24,387 nucleotides of DNA from Ginkgo biloba (Eukaryota; Plantae; Ginkgophyta). Position 1 is the first letter of the stretch. Every line of letters starts with the position of its first letter. A model generated the notes under the pieces. That model saw nothing but the letters and a program-made list of their open reading frames with translations, made no database searches and was not told where the DNA came from. Positions 1 to 10,865 of this stretch are shown in pieces. The DNA is taken from assembly GCA_024626585.2 (NCBI GenBank), contig JANKJI020000002.1, forward strand, positions 184,864,510 to 184,888,896, written 5' to 3'. The position numbers and the translations under genes were made by a program.

Positions 1-400
1 CAAGCATGTTTCTATGTTGAATTAAAAGAACGGCTATCCCCCTCCCAACAAATCTCAAAAAATACGGTATACACAAGATCCCTTCCCATGTCTTGTATGT
101 ATGAGAGAAGAAGATAACATTATCCACATGATCTACAAATGCCACAAAGCACAATAATTGTGGGAATTTTTATTTGAATTGTTTATGAAAAACAACACTC
201 ACATATCCATGATGGAAACAAACAAATAAAAAGAAGTGATATTTAAAGATTGACTTATAATTATCACTCTAGATTGTTATAGACAGGGTGAAATATTTCT
301 GACATTATGGGAAGTATGCTTACAAGAAACAATAGTGCATTTGGAAAAATAGAAACAAGGCAATATTCAAAAGGAAGTACCAATTTTATTAATCAACAAT
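1..400 (+). mobile_element. L1-type LINE ORF2 C-terminal remnant (zf-RVT CCHC region), degenerate
   Basis: Manual translation gives PFPCLVCMREEDNIIHMIYKCHKAQ*LWEFL (C-x2-C-x8-H-x4-C then LW), followed by LWEVCL/RNNSAF, matching the L1 'LWxIWxxRNxxxF' motif. Contains stops and frameshifts. Confidence 0.75.
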
Positions 401-1049
401 AAACAATCACCATAAACTACTGAATTGTATAAGCGAAAAACAAAACAACAATCAAGTTAGCAAACAATTGTTCTAAATATGTTGCATAGAGGCATGAGGA
501 ACCAATCACATACACATGCTTCTAAAGGTGGATAGAAGGGGTGAGAGAGGATGATCAAAAGTGTAAATAGGGATAATCAGATTAGTAAGCAATAGCAAGA
601 GTTTTGAATGATGGTCAATTGGAAAACATTATTACTTATGCAACAACTACATGAAGCCACCCAAAGTTGTATGTATCATATGGGGGTATGTTGGGGGAGG
701 TGGGCCCATCTACCTCACACAAAAGTGTAATTGGAAAGGTAGTAAATATGAAATAAGTAGAACACCATTAATGGTCACTAGAAAATGTCTCAACCATATA
801 CAACCACTTAATATTGGAGACTGACAATATCTTAAAGGAACCTTCCATGCAAATCTCAAGGACAATTTTGATAATGCTAAAAGAGAGACTAGAAAGAGGG
901 AACAACGACTTTGTTTACATGTAATCACATTAGTGATGGGACATACATGCAAATCCAAAAATCACCTTTATTCGTACGATCGGATTTATTTAAAATCTCG
1001 ATGCAAGAGGTGATCATGGGTTAACGTCATAAGACAAGCCCAAATTATC

Positions 1050-1730
1050 AAACCAAGAATATCCTTTTCAATTGGATTTCTTTCTAGATTCATGTATTCT
1101 TCGAGAGAAAGTCACTAGAAAGTGGCAAAGAGAGTTCTTTGATACATCTATGGCACATCAAATTTTAAACTTGAGTTAATACAGAGTAATGTATTCATAT
1201 TAGTATCCTTCTCATATGTATATTGGATAGGAATAATAGATGACAAAAGTTAAACATTTGGATACTTGATGCAAATTGGATCAACAATTATTTCTTAGTC
1301 CAGTAAGAAACAAATGACCATGGATTTATCATCAATGGAATAAGAGCACATTGCAGAAGCTAGAACAATGTGCAAGCTTAATTGGTTATGACAAATTCTT
1401 TTATATTTTGGTTTTCCTTAGAAGAACCCTACTCCCCTCTAGATTGACAACTAGAGTGCTATCAAGTTAGAAAAAAAATTCTAGTTTTCCATGCGAGATC
1501 AAAAAACATTGAAACAAAGCACCACTTCATTAGGAGATTGGTCAAAGAAAAGTCAATGGAGATGTAATATTGTCCTAGTGTTGACAAAATATTATATCNN
1601 NNNNNNNNNNNNNNNNNNNNNNNNNNNNNNNNNNNNNNNNNNNNNNNNNNNNNNNNNNNNNNNNNNNNNNNNNNNNNNNNNNNNNNNNNNNNNNNNNNAA
1701 GTTGGCTTAACGTCTTCATCAAAGCGAAAG
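1050..1730 (+). mobile_element. Ty1/copia RT C-terminus and RNase H remnant
   Basis: Translation: PRISFSIGFLSRFMYSSRESH*KVAKRVL*YIYGT ... IS*SSKKQMTMDLSSME*EHIA ... IDN*SAIKL ... FHARSKNIETKHHFIR. These match the copia motifs SWSSKKQ/ALSSTEAEY, DNQSAI and HARTKHIE. Interrupted by the gap at 1599-1698. Confidence 0.9.
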
Positions 1731-2113
1731 CTTGGGTTGGAGTCTACATAGGGTTCAAAAACCAAGTGTAAATATCAATAAAGCAACTAGTAACTTAAAC
1801 AAAGGAAAATGCATACAAATTGCTTAGTAAAGGCAAAAGAAGCAACAAAGGAAGAACTACTTCAATTTGGACAAGATTGCTCTATTAGCATCAATCAATC
1901 AAGTTTCGTATCACCATCACTAGCCCAAGTGTGATAAATATTTTCTTCATTTGCCAAGATCAAGTGTGTGTGATAAATATTTTCTCCATTCCCTCCAATG
2001 AGGAAATTTGTCATCACAAGAATGTAAACAACCTACCACCAAAGCCCATTGGGAAACTTATGGATCCATTAAGCAAAGATAATGTCATTCTAATCAAAGA
2101 CTTTGACCCTCTG

Positions 2114-2334
2114 TGTGAAAATCCCATGTAAGCATAAGAAAGCTAAGACTCGATGCTAGCGACAAGGATTAAGATTTGTTAAAGTAATGTTCATTTTAAT
2201 ATGAATTGTTGGGTTAGGTTCAACTTACACCAAATTTGTTATGTATTAAAACCTATTCAAAATCATGTGGAGAGCTTCACAACATTTGGATCTTCACAAA
2301 GTTCATAGAGGAATTTCTCATATGGTATCAAAGT
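2114..2334 (+). mobile_element. Short LTR (2114-2320) followed by tRNA-Met-type primer binding site (2323-2334)
   Basis: Imperfect inverted termini TGTGAAAATCC...GGAATTTCTCA, then 2 nt, then TGGTATCAAAGT (consensus TGGTATCAGAGC, two transitions). Confidence 0.55.
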
Positions 2335-3480
2335 CGACTCCTTCACCTTTATACTTCGCATAGGTATCCAAGGGAGGGAAACTATGGTAAGAAACCATAG
2401 GATCCAGAGAAAGGATCAAAGGAAGCTGTGGAAAAAATAAAGAAAAACTTAGTGCAAAAATTCAAGAATGTGAGAGAGACTTTAGCTGCATAGCATAGGA
2501 AGGATAGATAAGGAAGTCGTGTAAACCACGAAGCCTAGAGAATTTCAGAGGAAAGAAAGAGGAGAGTGCGTAGATTCAAAAATAAGAGAGAAATAGACCA
2601 CCACTGGACAGTACGAAGGAACTGAAGAAAAGGGGCACAGAGAGGTATTTAGTCCCATTTTTTTCTCCTTTAAAAAGACCATAAGGAAATATGAAGAATC
2701 AGAGTGTCAAAGTGTGAAACTTGCACTTTTTTAAGCAGTTATCAAACTAGCTAAAATTGAGAAACAAATAAATTAATTCAAGAAGTGCACCAGGAATTTT
2801 TTTTTCAAAACTGTGATAAATCCATAGACATCATGTAAAAAATATATGCACTTCCAGAACAAGATAAATTAACCAAAAATAACTACAACATCTAGAAATA
2901 AAAAATTAAAAGCATATTGACAGCATACAACTCATGGGAAGTAGTTAGTGAACCTAACCCTCCCACAGAGGCCANNNNNNNNNNNNNNNNNNNNNNNNNN
3001 NNNNNNNNNNNNNNNNNNNNNNNNNNNNNNNNNNNNNNNNNNNNNNNNNNNNNNNNNNNNNNNNNNNNNNNNNNAGGGACAGAGATGGGAGATAGGAGAT
3101 GGGATGGAAACGGGAAGAGATAGGAAAATTCTTTGCCACAGGTAATTTCTTCAAAAAAAAACAAATGTTGAATAGTCCTTCCACAACCCTTTCTTCGCAT
3201 TCATTTGCACTATTAAAACCCCATAAGATCCCCAATACTACAATTGCAGCGGTCTACAGCACTAAGGACTTATTTCTTGATTATGGGAAGTTTTGTTCAA
3301 TCAATTCTAGATCAAATGTGGCAATTGTTTGCCATGGGTAAAGAACTATTGGATCCATAAAAATGTTAAAGATTNNNNNNNNNNNNNNNNNNNNNNNNNN
3401 NNNNNNNNNNNNNNNNNNNNNNNNNNNNNNNNNNNNNNNNNNNNNNNNNNNNNNNNNNNNNNNNNNNNNNNNNNNNNNNN

Positions 3481-4021
3481 CTCGCTCGTGTAAGGATCAC
3501 ATGGAAAGGATGGATCCAACCAAACATGCCAAGTGGATCCTATCAAAGGTCATCCACAATATCAATTATCTCGTGGAAAAACTGGCAGACGTTAGGAAGA
3601 ATCCATTCAATACAAAAGACTTTGAGTCCAACAACATCACAATAGCAAGACAGATCCTAACACAAGCAATGTGGCTTAAGTCAAACATGGATACTAAGGA
3701 CCATCCTTGTAAGAAGCAGGCTTTTCTGAAAGAAAATCTTGGGAAAATCCCTGGAAATGGAAATAGAAGAGGGTATGACATTATAGAGAAACACATGTAA
3801 TTGTATGCTTTTCTAATGTTGTATTCACATGTTAAACAGTCCAGCTATACAAAATTAGCTGGGTAATGTATATGGTTAACAATCCCACTATCGAAGTGGG
3901 TCTCTTTTTGTAAAATGATAAACTACTTGAGAAGCCAAAAGCTACTGAAGCTGGAATACCACGTAACGAGTTATTAATAAATATGCCTAAAGTTTATTTT
4001 GTGTTCACAAAAAAAAAAAAA
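3481..4021 (+). mobile_element. 3' end of a retroposed element (probable LINE): open C-terminal frame, 3' UTR, AATAAA and poly(A)
   Basis: Stop-free frame 3481-3800, AATAAA at 3976-3981, A13 at 4009-4021. The 5' part is lost in a gap and no diagnostic motif is visible. Confidence 0.45.
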
Positions 4022-4768
4022 TTGAAGTTTTTCCAGCAATAGTTTTGACTTATTCCTCGCCGATTCCCAAAATAGAATAATATGTTGATCTTACCACTCA
4101 GAGACCTGTACTCCAAGACGATTGGAGGAAATTCATCAAACCCCCACCTAAGAAGAAGAAAGAAGAACTCTGTGAACCATTGACCTTAGACTGGCCCAAA
4201 AANNNNNNNNNNNNNNNNNNNNNNNNNNNNNNNNNNNNNNNNNNNNNNNNNNNNNNNAAATCTGAATCCCAAACCTTAGCACCTTGGGAAAAGAGCACTA
4301 ACTACTCATTTATGAAAATCCCTCTTTTATGGAGAACTAAAAGCTCCCAGACAACAGATCTTCTCTCCATCCCCAGCACTCTTATGTTATTTGAGGATAA
4401 AGAATGAAAAAAAAGTAGCTGAGAGAATTATTTAGAATATAGAGTGAGGTTTTACAAGACATCATCAAAGCAGGATAATTAACCNNNNNNNNNNNNNNNN
4501 NNNNNNNNNNNNNNNNNNNNNNNNNNNNNNNNNNNNNNNNNNNNNNNNNNNNNNNNNNNNNNNNNNNNNNNNNNNNNNNNNNNNTCTTATTCCACACTCC
4601 ATCAAAATTCCACCACAGTGTATAGGTACCCCTTATTGCATATGGGATCCACTGGACTATTGGACAACAAGCAATTTTACCGCCATATGAGGACATGTGG
4701 CAATGTTTATTTTTGGGGAAGATGTGTACAGGGACAAGAACCAGAGTAAAAACCTAAGCGATTAGAGT

Positions 4769-4950
4769 AAATCGATCCTTTCTTTTTATGAATCGATCAG
4801 ATTCCTTCATGAACTAATCATCTCTTCTTGTGAATCGATTGACTTCCCTTATGAACTGATCGTCTCTCTTTTGAATTTATCATCTTCCTTTGTGAATCGA
4901 TTGTCTTCCTGTATAAGTTGATCACCTTCCTATATAAATTAACCATCTAT
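4769..4950. repeat. Degenerate ~21-bp tandem repeat, about 9 copies (approx. tgaatcgatcatcttcctt)
   Basis: Cores gaatcgatc/gaactaatc/gaatcgatt/gaactgatc/gaatttatc recur at about 4769, 4790, 4811, 4832, 4853, 4873, 4894, 4915 and 4936. Confidence 0.8.
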
Positions 4951-5416
4951 TTTATAATTTTGTTGTATCAATTTGTAATGATGTATCGGTTTCGATAATT
5001 AACCAGTAGTTGAAGTTACATGTATAGCAGAGCAAATAGGCATGTACCTGTTGACTGAGTCATCATAAAGGAGATTTATTAATCCCGGGATATATGACCC
5101 TCTTGCTATGTTCAACTTCACACTGAGATACAACATAAGACATGGACAGTTTTTGGAGACTTCTACAGTAACCGTCTAGTTAGAATCACATTTAAGGTTC
5201 TTTTTTAAAAGCAGTCCTTACTTTTGCTTGCTAATATTCAGTGAAGCACTGATCTGAGAATATATTGATTGACCAACAAGTGTAACTACCCCCCATAGAA
5301 CAGAGAAAGGGAAAATGTATACATTTATGAATAAGTTTCTGAATATAATTCAGTGAAAGGACTTCTGATAAACAAAGGTTCTGTAAAAACTGAAAGCATA
5401 GAGGTTCTATGCTTAC

Positions 5417-5506
5417 TGAGCAATCAATGGGATCACCATCTGCAGCTGTAAGCCCTTCCATCTCAGCAGAATCATTCTCAGAACTCACGAGGAAAGGTGA
5501 CCAAAC
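5417..5506 (-). CDS. SNI1: SNI1 homologue exon: VWSPFLVSSENDSAEMEGLTAADGDPIDCS
   Basis: WSPF matches SNI1 AWSPF. Acceptor ggCAG|GTT, donor TCA|GTAAGC, 90 nt, phase 0/0. Confidence 0.88.
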
Positions 5507-5645
5507 CTGCCAGTACATATGAACAAGAGGCTTAAACTCACATCATCATGTAACTGTACCTAGTCTGCAGGGCCTTCTTTGCCATTTAACATGCAGTAAT
5601 TTATAAATCAATAACTTGTGTGCGTATCCAAAAATGATTTCATGC

Positions 5646-5726
5646 CTCTAAATCAATAACAAGTTCAATTTGTGTTATCCCCGAAGACAACCCTGGCACT
5701 TGAGCAACAGTGACTCGTGGAAAACN
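5646..5726 (-). CDS. SNI1: SNI1 homologue exon: RFPRVTVAQVPGLSSGITQIELVIDLE (first base in gap)
   Basis: RFPRV matches SNI1 RFPWV, and the end aligns with 'LDIVDE'. Ends GAG|GCATGA (GC donor), phase 0. Length 81 nt if the first C lies at 5726. Confidence 0.85.
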
Positions 5727-6247
5727 NNNNNNNNNNNNNNNNNNNNNNNNNNNNNNNNNNNNNNNNNNNNNNNNNNNNNNNNNNNNNNNNNNNNNNNNNN
5801 NNNNNNNNNNNNNNNNNNNNNNNNNAGTTTTTGGTGAAGAAGGAGAAAGAGGAAAAACATATCCATCTAGAATAGTCTCAATGATAAGTGAATCCATTTC
5901 AAAAGGGAGAATAAAGCCATCTTGAGTATTATGTATCATTATTTTGGGTGGTAAACTCTAAGATTCCTAGAAAAGCAAATGGGACTATGCGAGACTTTAA
6001 AAAAAGACTTTTGGCATCGAGAGTAAGATGATGGCTTGGTTAGGTGAGCTATTATGAGCGACTAGATGAGAACAAAAGTCTTTGTGTTAATTATTAAAAT
6101 TTAGTCTAAGAAAAAATGCAAGCCCAAATAAACATAAAATAAAGACACAAAATAAGAGGCAATAACATGTGCAAAGGCCTTATTATTATGTGTATATGTT
6201 AAATTAAATTAATGTTCCTTTGTAAATTAATTCACAAGCTTACATAC

Positions 6248-6341
6248 CTTTTCAAGGTCATTCAGTAATTGATAGCTTGCAATTGCCAATTCAAGGGATT
6301 TGTTTTCTCTAAGAATTTGGAAAACTGCCTCGTACATTTTC
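6248..6341 (-). CDS. SNI1: SNI1 homologue exon: (R)KMYEAVFQILRENKSLELAIASYQLLNDLEK
   Basis: Strong match to SNI1 KMYQAIFRILRFGKTLELITASFQLLTQLHQ. Acceptor AAG at 6344-6342, donor AAG|GTATGT. Length 94 nt = 1 nt + 31 codons. Confidence 0.92.
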
Positions 6342-6830
6342 CTTATTTGCAGTTTCATAACAAATGTCAGCAAGAGTATACAAGGATAGATAATTTCAAT
6401 AGAAAATCTCATATCTGCCAAGCAAGCTTCTCATATGGGCTTATAAAAGACTAGTTTGTGTAAATACTGAATAGGAAAGCTGCTTCCCACATTTTGCAGA
6501 ACAAAAAGTTATTCAGGGAAAGTGACTTTAGAAATAGACAACGAATAATATAATCCCCACAAGATAAAAGCCAAGACAAAAATAAAATGGCACATTGGCC
6601 AAAGTTGTTGGGTTATCAAAATTGAGACACAGAAATATGATATCTCTAAACTGGGGCCTGAATATTCTTTAATACTTTGAAGAAGTTGCCTGCTTATTCC
6701 GAAAATCACGTATAGTTGGATCTCAGCTAATTGCAAGTCCTTAAAGAATGCAGAAAATACACCCTCAGAGGGTATGTCTGTAGCAAACACATTTATAGAA
6801 AAAATGATAGAGCATTAACATCATACTTAC

Positions 6831-6878
6831 CTGGATGGAACTTGGCCTTTTTCTGGAATAATAGAAATAGCTCGAACA
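6831..6878 (-). CDS. SNI1: SNI1 homologue, internal exon (5' part hidden in the gap starting at 6879): VRAISIIPEKGQVPS-R
   Basis: Matches the Arabidopsis SNI1 segment EAVRAASLVPENGIPPTN (recalled from memory). Ends AG|GTAAGT in phase 2, compatible with the next exon. Confidence 0.85.
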
Positions 6879-8003
6879 NNNNNNNNNNNNNNNNNNNNNN
6901 NNNNNNNNNNNNNNNNNNNNNNNNNNNNNNNNNNNNNNNNNNNNNNNNNNNNNNNNNNNNNNNNNNNNNNNNNNNNNNNNNNNNNNNNNNNNNNNNNNNN
7001 NNNNNNNNNNNNNNNNNNNNNNNNNNNNNNNNNNNNNNNNNNNNNNNNNNNNNNNNNNNNNNNNNNNNNNNNNNNNNNNNNNNNNNNNNNNNNNNNNNNN
7101 NNNNNNNNNNNNNNNNNNNNNNNNNNNNNNNNNNNNNNNNNNNNNNNNNNNNNNNNNNNNNNNNNNNNNNNNNNNNNNNNNNNNNNNNNNNNNNNNNNNN
7201 NNNNNNNNNNNNNNNNNNNNNNNNNNNNNNNNNNNNNNNNNNNNNNNNNNNNNNNNNNNNNNNNNNNNNNNNNNNNNNNNNNNNNNNNNNNNNNNNNNNN
7301 NNNNNNNNNNNNNNNNNNNNNNNNNNNNNNNNNNNNNNNNNNNNNNNNNNNNNNNNNNNNNNNNNNNNNNNNNNNNNNNNNNNNNNNNNNNNNNNNNNNN
7401 NNNNNNNNNNNNNNNNNNNNNNNNNNNNNNNNNNNNNNNNNNNNNNNNNNNNNNNNNNNNNNNNNNNNNNNNNNNNNNNNNNNNNNNNNNNNNNNNNNNN
7501 NNNNNNNNNNNNNNNNNNNNNNNNNNNNNNNNNATCAACAGAAACTTTTTCAATTTCAAGCTTGCTTATATTGATCAAGGGTGGCTTACAAAAGGTTCTC
7601 CAATATAAATGATAAGAGAGGATTAAAGCTTTATGGCCTAACCTAATTATAATCTAAACCAGACACATAGTTTACATCCTTCATTTCAAATATGCTACCT
7701 CTAGTTCAGCCAACTCTAAAAGATACAATCTGAAAATCATTAGCATCCATACCATGCCAAGTGAAACAAGAGTAGGAATCAACAATCAAAACAAAATTGA
7801 AAGATTCCGACAACAAATACGTCTCAATAGAAATGACAAATGAAGAGGACCTAAAACTTTTCATAGCCATTTGCTTCTTCACCCCCATGGAGTCCACTAT
7901 TTATAAAATGCTAGGTTTAAATAATCACCAATAGCTATTTCATATCATAACTAGCCCAACGTTTTGTGTAAGTTGAGCAATCTTAGCTGGCATAGGATAT
8001 CTT

Positions 8004-8392
8004 TGTTGGACGTCGACAGGCAGCTACTAGAAGATGCTCAGGCACTGCACAGACATCTGAGGACTGCCTGACATCATCTGATCATTAGTTATATTATTGT
8101 TAATTATGATTACAGGAGGCGAGTGGTGATGATTCAGTATGTCAACCGTGATCAACGACCACCCACCACCATGTACAGGGTTCCCTCCACCTATAAAGGG
8201 CACCCTATTATTTCAAGTGATCATCATCATTGTGCATGTATTGGTTTGAATTTGTGATGATCCTCTATGTATCTTTCCTACATATTAATGAGATATATCA
8301 TTCCTACTGTCATCTTGATCTCCCTATTGATGTAATTGATCTTTGTGCATAAAACGTATCTCGAAGTCTCAATGTTAATCTAGATCCATAAC
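8004..8392 (+). mobile_element. Candidate solo LTR
   Basis: Starts TGTTGGA, has an internal CCTATAAAGGG TATA-like box (~8191) followed by a T-rich R/U5-like tract, and ends ...GATCCATAAC. The target site duplication is only imperfect (atctt/aactt). Confidence 0.35.
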
Positions 8393-10281
8393 TTGGAATT
8401 TGTACTCAATACCAATTGTGCTTCACGTTGTACATCACTATATAGTTATATGTATGAAGGTCATACTACTCCAGACCATTGCCCACATTAATGAGTTTCT
8501 GCTTTGCAAGTTGTTGTCTCCCCTATTAGATTTTGGTCAAAATTACAAGTTAGAAGTCATAATTTTTTATTGTACTCAAGTTGTACCCTATTGTCCTACA
8601 TTTGTGGAGGTGTACGGGTTGGTACAGTTCTATACCAAACCATATTGGCATTAAACAAGTCCTCCATAAATGTTGGAACCTACTAGTCATTAGTTTTCTT
8701 CAATCAAGACCTCATATATGCAAGTTGCAATATAATAAATGTAGTCATTGAGCTATTGACNNNNNNNNNNNNNNNNNNNNNNNNNNNNNNNNNNNNNNNN
8801 NNNNNNNNNNNNNNNNNNNNNNNNNNNNNNNNNNNNNNNNNNNNNNNNNNNNNNNNNNNNAGTCATGGTTGATGAGTCATAATGGAAGTTCTAGTCCCTA
8901 TTATCGAAGGTCCAATGGACTACAAGTTGACAAAGCTAAGATTCATCCATCAAGGAATCAACTTGTTGATGACTATATTCTTATTGAAGCCAAAAATAAT
9001 CACCAAACTATGTCAGAGTTTGAAGCTAATTTTTTCATCGATGAAGTGGATCAAATCATAGCAATTGTCCAAATATTGTTTGCCTGGTGGATGCATGAAC
9101 TTGAATGTCAATAGATAATTGCATAAATAGAAGCTCGCCACAATGAGGCGTAGATGCCAAAGCAAACTAGATTGTATGGCAAACAGTTATCAAACACCGA
9201 AACCAATTGATGCAATGCCCGACTAGTAGTAGTGAATCTAGATTCAATACTAAAATGTGGAATCCATTTAGAGACAATAATTTTTTTTGCATTGGCACCA
9301 TTTCATTATCTTTCACTTTGATGACATCGTTGTCCTCCGCCCAAAGCTCTTCGCAACACTACTAGAAGCAAATCGTCATTTAAGTCACAACGGGAACAAA
9401 AGGAGTTTCCACTTCCTGTTTAAAGGTTGGCACATATTCCCAGAGAAGGGAGGTAAAAGGCAACAACGAGAGTATGTCATCTAGGTCGCTTAGGAACATG
9501 TCATCCAAGATGTTGTAGTGTGGGAAGGTAAGTCTCAAAAGCCAATGACCGACGACAAAAGTCTCTTTGCACAACTAGGTCTTGAATATCAGGGATCATT
9601 GAAAAGCAAGCCCACCAAAGGGTAAACTATTCCTATTGAGGAGAACTACAAAGGCAAAGCACAGACCAAAGGGAGAATAACAATGACCCGATTCAACAAA
9701 GTCTATTAGAGGACTCGGGGAATGAGCTTTTGGAGATTTTTTTTTGCTCTGCTAGGTTTTGTGGGGGAATGCACATGAACACTCTGAGACAAAGAGGGAA
9801 AAATCTTCGTAGTGGGGAGTTTAATTGGCACGTCCGCCATAGTTATTTGATTTGATAGGTTTTAAATTCCCAACCATGGCCACTGCAAAGCCATTAGGCT
9901 CTATGCAGGTTGGCGGTCAGATATCCATTCGTCCTGTTTCCCCTAACAGTCTGCAGAAGGAGCAACACAGCGCCCAAGCGAGCTCGAAAATTTGTCCCGA
10001 AGGTTTACCACGAGGTGAGTCCAGTACTCTCGCACCGCCTGTTGTTGCTTTAGTCCCTAATAAGGTCAATGTTGTTANNNNNNNNNNNNNNNNNNNNNNN
10101 NNNNNNNNNNNNNNNNNNNNNNNNNNNNNNNNNNNNNNNNNNNNNNNNNNNNNNNNNNNNNNNNNNNNNNNNNNNNNACTGCAAAATTATTTATTTATGT
10201 TATTTGATGCTCAAATGCATGTTTAAAGTAAATTAATATAAATTAGCATTCAAGAACAACGTGGGATTGTTACAATTAACA

Positions 10282-10490
10282 TTTGGGCCTCGCTCCTTCG
10301 ACCAAATTGATATGATGTTGTCCTGACTTGGGTAGAATACCTTTCAAATTTGTTTAGGACCAAGTAAATACATCTTAAAATTCTTGAAACAAAGCAGTTG
10401 CTTAGGTAATCGTAGAGGTGTCCCAATAATTGCCTATCATGATATTCGTGGGATCAACTTTCGTGCCTATATTAATCTTTCTCATTTTCA
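10282..10490 (-). mobile_element. Ty3/gypsy (Tat-like) pol fragment immediately N-terminal of RT
   Basis: KMRKINIGTKVDPTNIMIGNYWDTSTIT*ATALFQEF*DVFTWS*TNLKGILPKSGQHHINLVEGARPK. Same family as the segment at 23460-23660. Truncated next to an LTR-end-like GGGATTGTTACA ending at 10274. Confidence 0.8.
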
Positions 10491-10865
10491 ACCCCCTAAA
10501 TTGAATGGACTATTCATTCTTCATGAGAGTGTGAACGAGAATTTCATTAATTCCTCTTGCACCGTAAGTTACTGTTCAAGATTCAACAGGATAATAATCT
10601 GTCAATTTTTCATTTGGTACTTCGTCTGTAATTAGTTTGGGCTCCAATCTTTGCCCATCTTCTAATCTAAAATTGGGTTGCTACTTGAAGGCCTAATTTA
10701 GGCCCAAATTAAAATAGCTAAAATTTTGGGAGTAGCCTTCATAGCCAAAATCTCCAACATATTTTTGCATATCCAAGTTGATTAGACTTTGCTCGTCAAT
10801 TTTCATATAAATAAATCCAAATTTTACCGTCAAGTGGCTCTGTAACAACTTCCAAAGATAGCCTT

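Noticed and set aside
1926-1990. Small direct repeat caagtgtgataaatattttc
   Set aside because: Trivial slippage duplication inside TE-derived sequence.
4769-4950. CRISPR-like array
   Set aside because: Units are contiguous and degenerate with no unique spacers, there are no cas genes, and the context is eukaryotic.
5222-5253. Exon-like segment CAG|ATCAGT...CAAAA|GTAAGG downstream of the last SNI1 exon
   Set aside because: The peptide ISASLNISKQ shows no resemblance to the expected next SNI1 segment. At most a cryptic exon.
5640-5939. 99-aa ORF as a single exon
   Set aside because: It fuses intronic sequence (5826-5939) to the true exon across a 100-N gap of unknown size.
6731-7612. Long ORFs (260-293 aa) in the ORF track
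   Set aside because: Artefacts of translating through N-gaps. The real coding part is only the SNI1 exon at 6831-6878, in a minus frame.
7706-7920. Possible SNI1 first exon or promoter (TATAAATAG followed by ATG on the minus strand)
   Set aside because: The peptide has no SNI1 N-terminal similarity and the layout resembles an LTR U3/R region.
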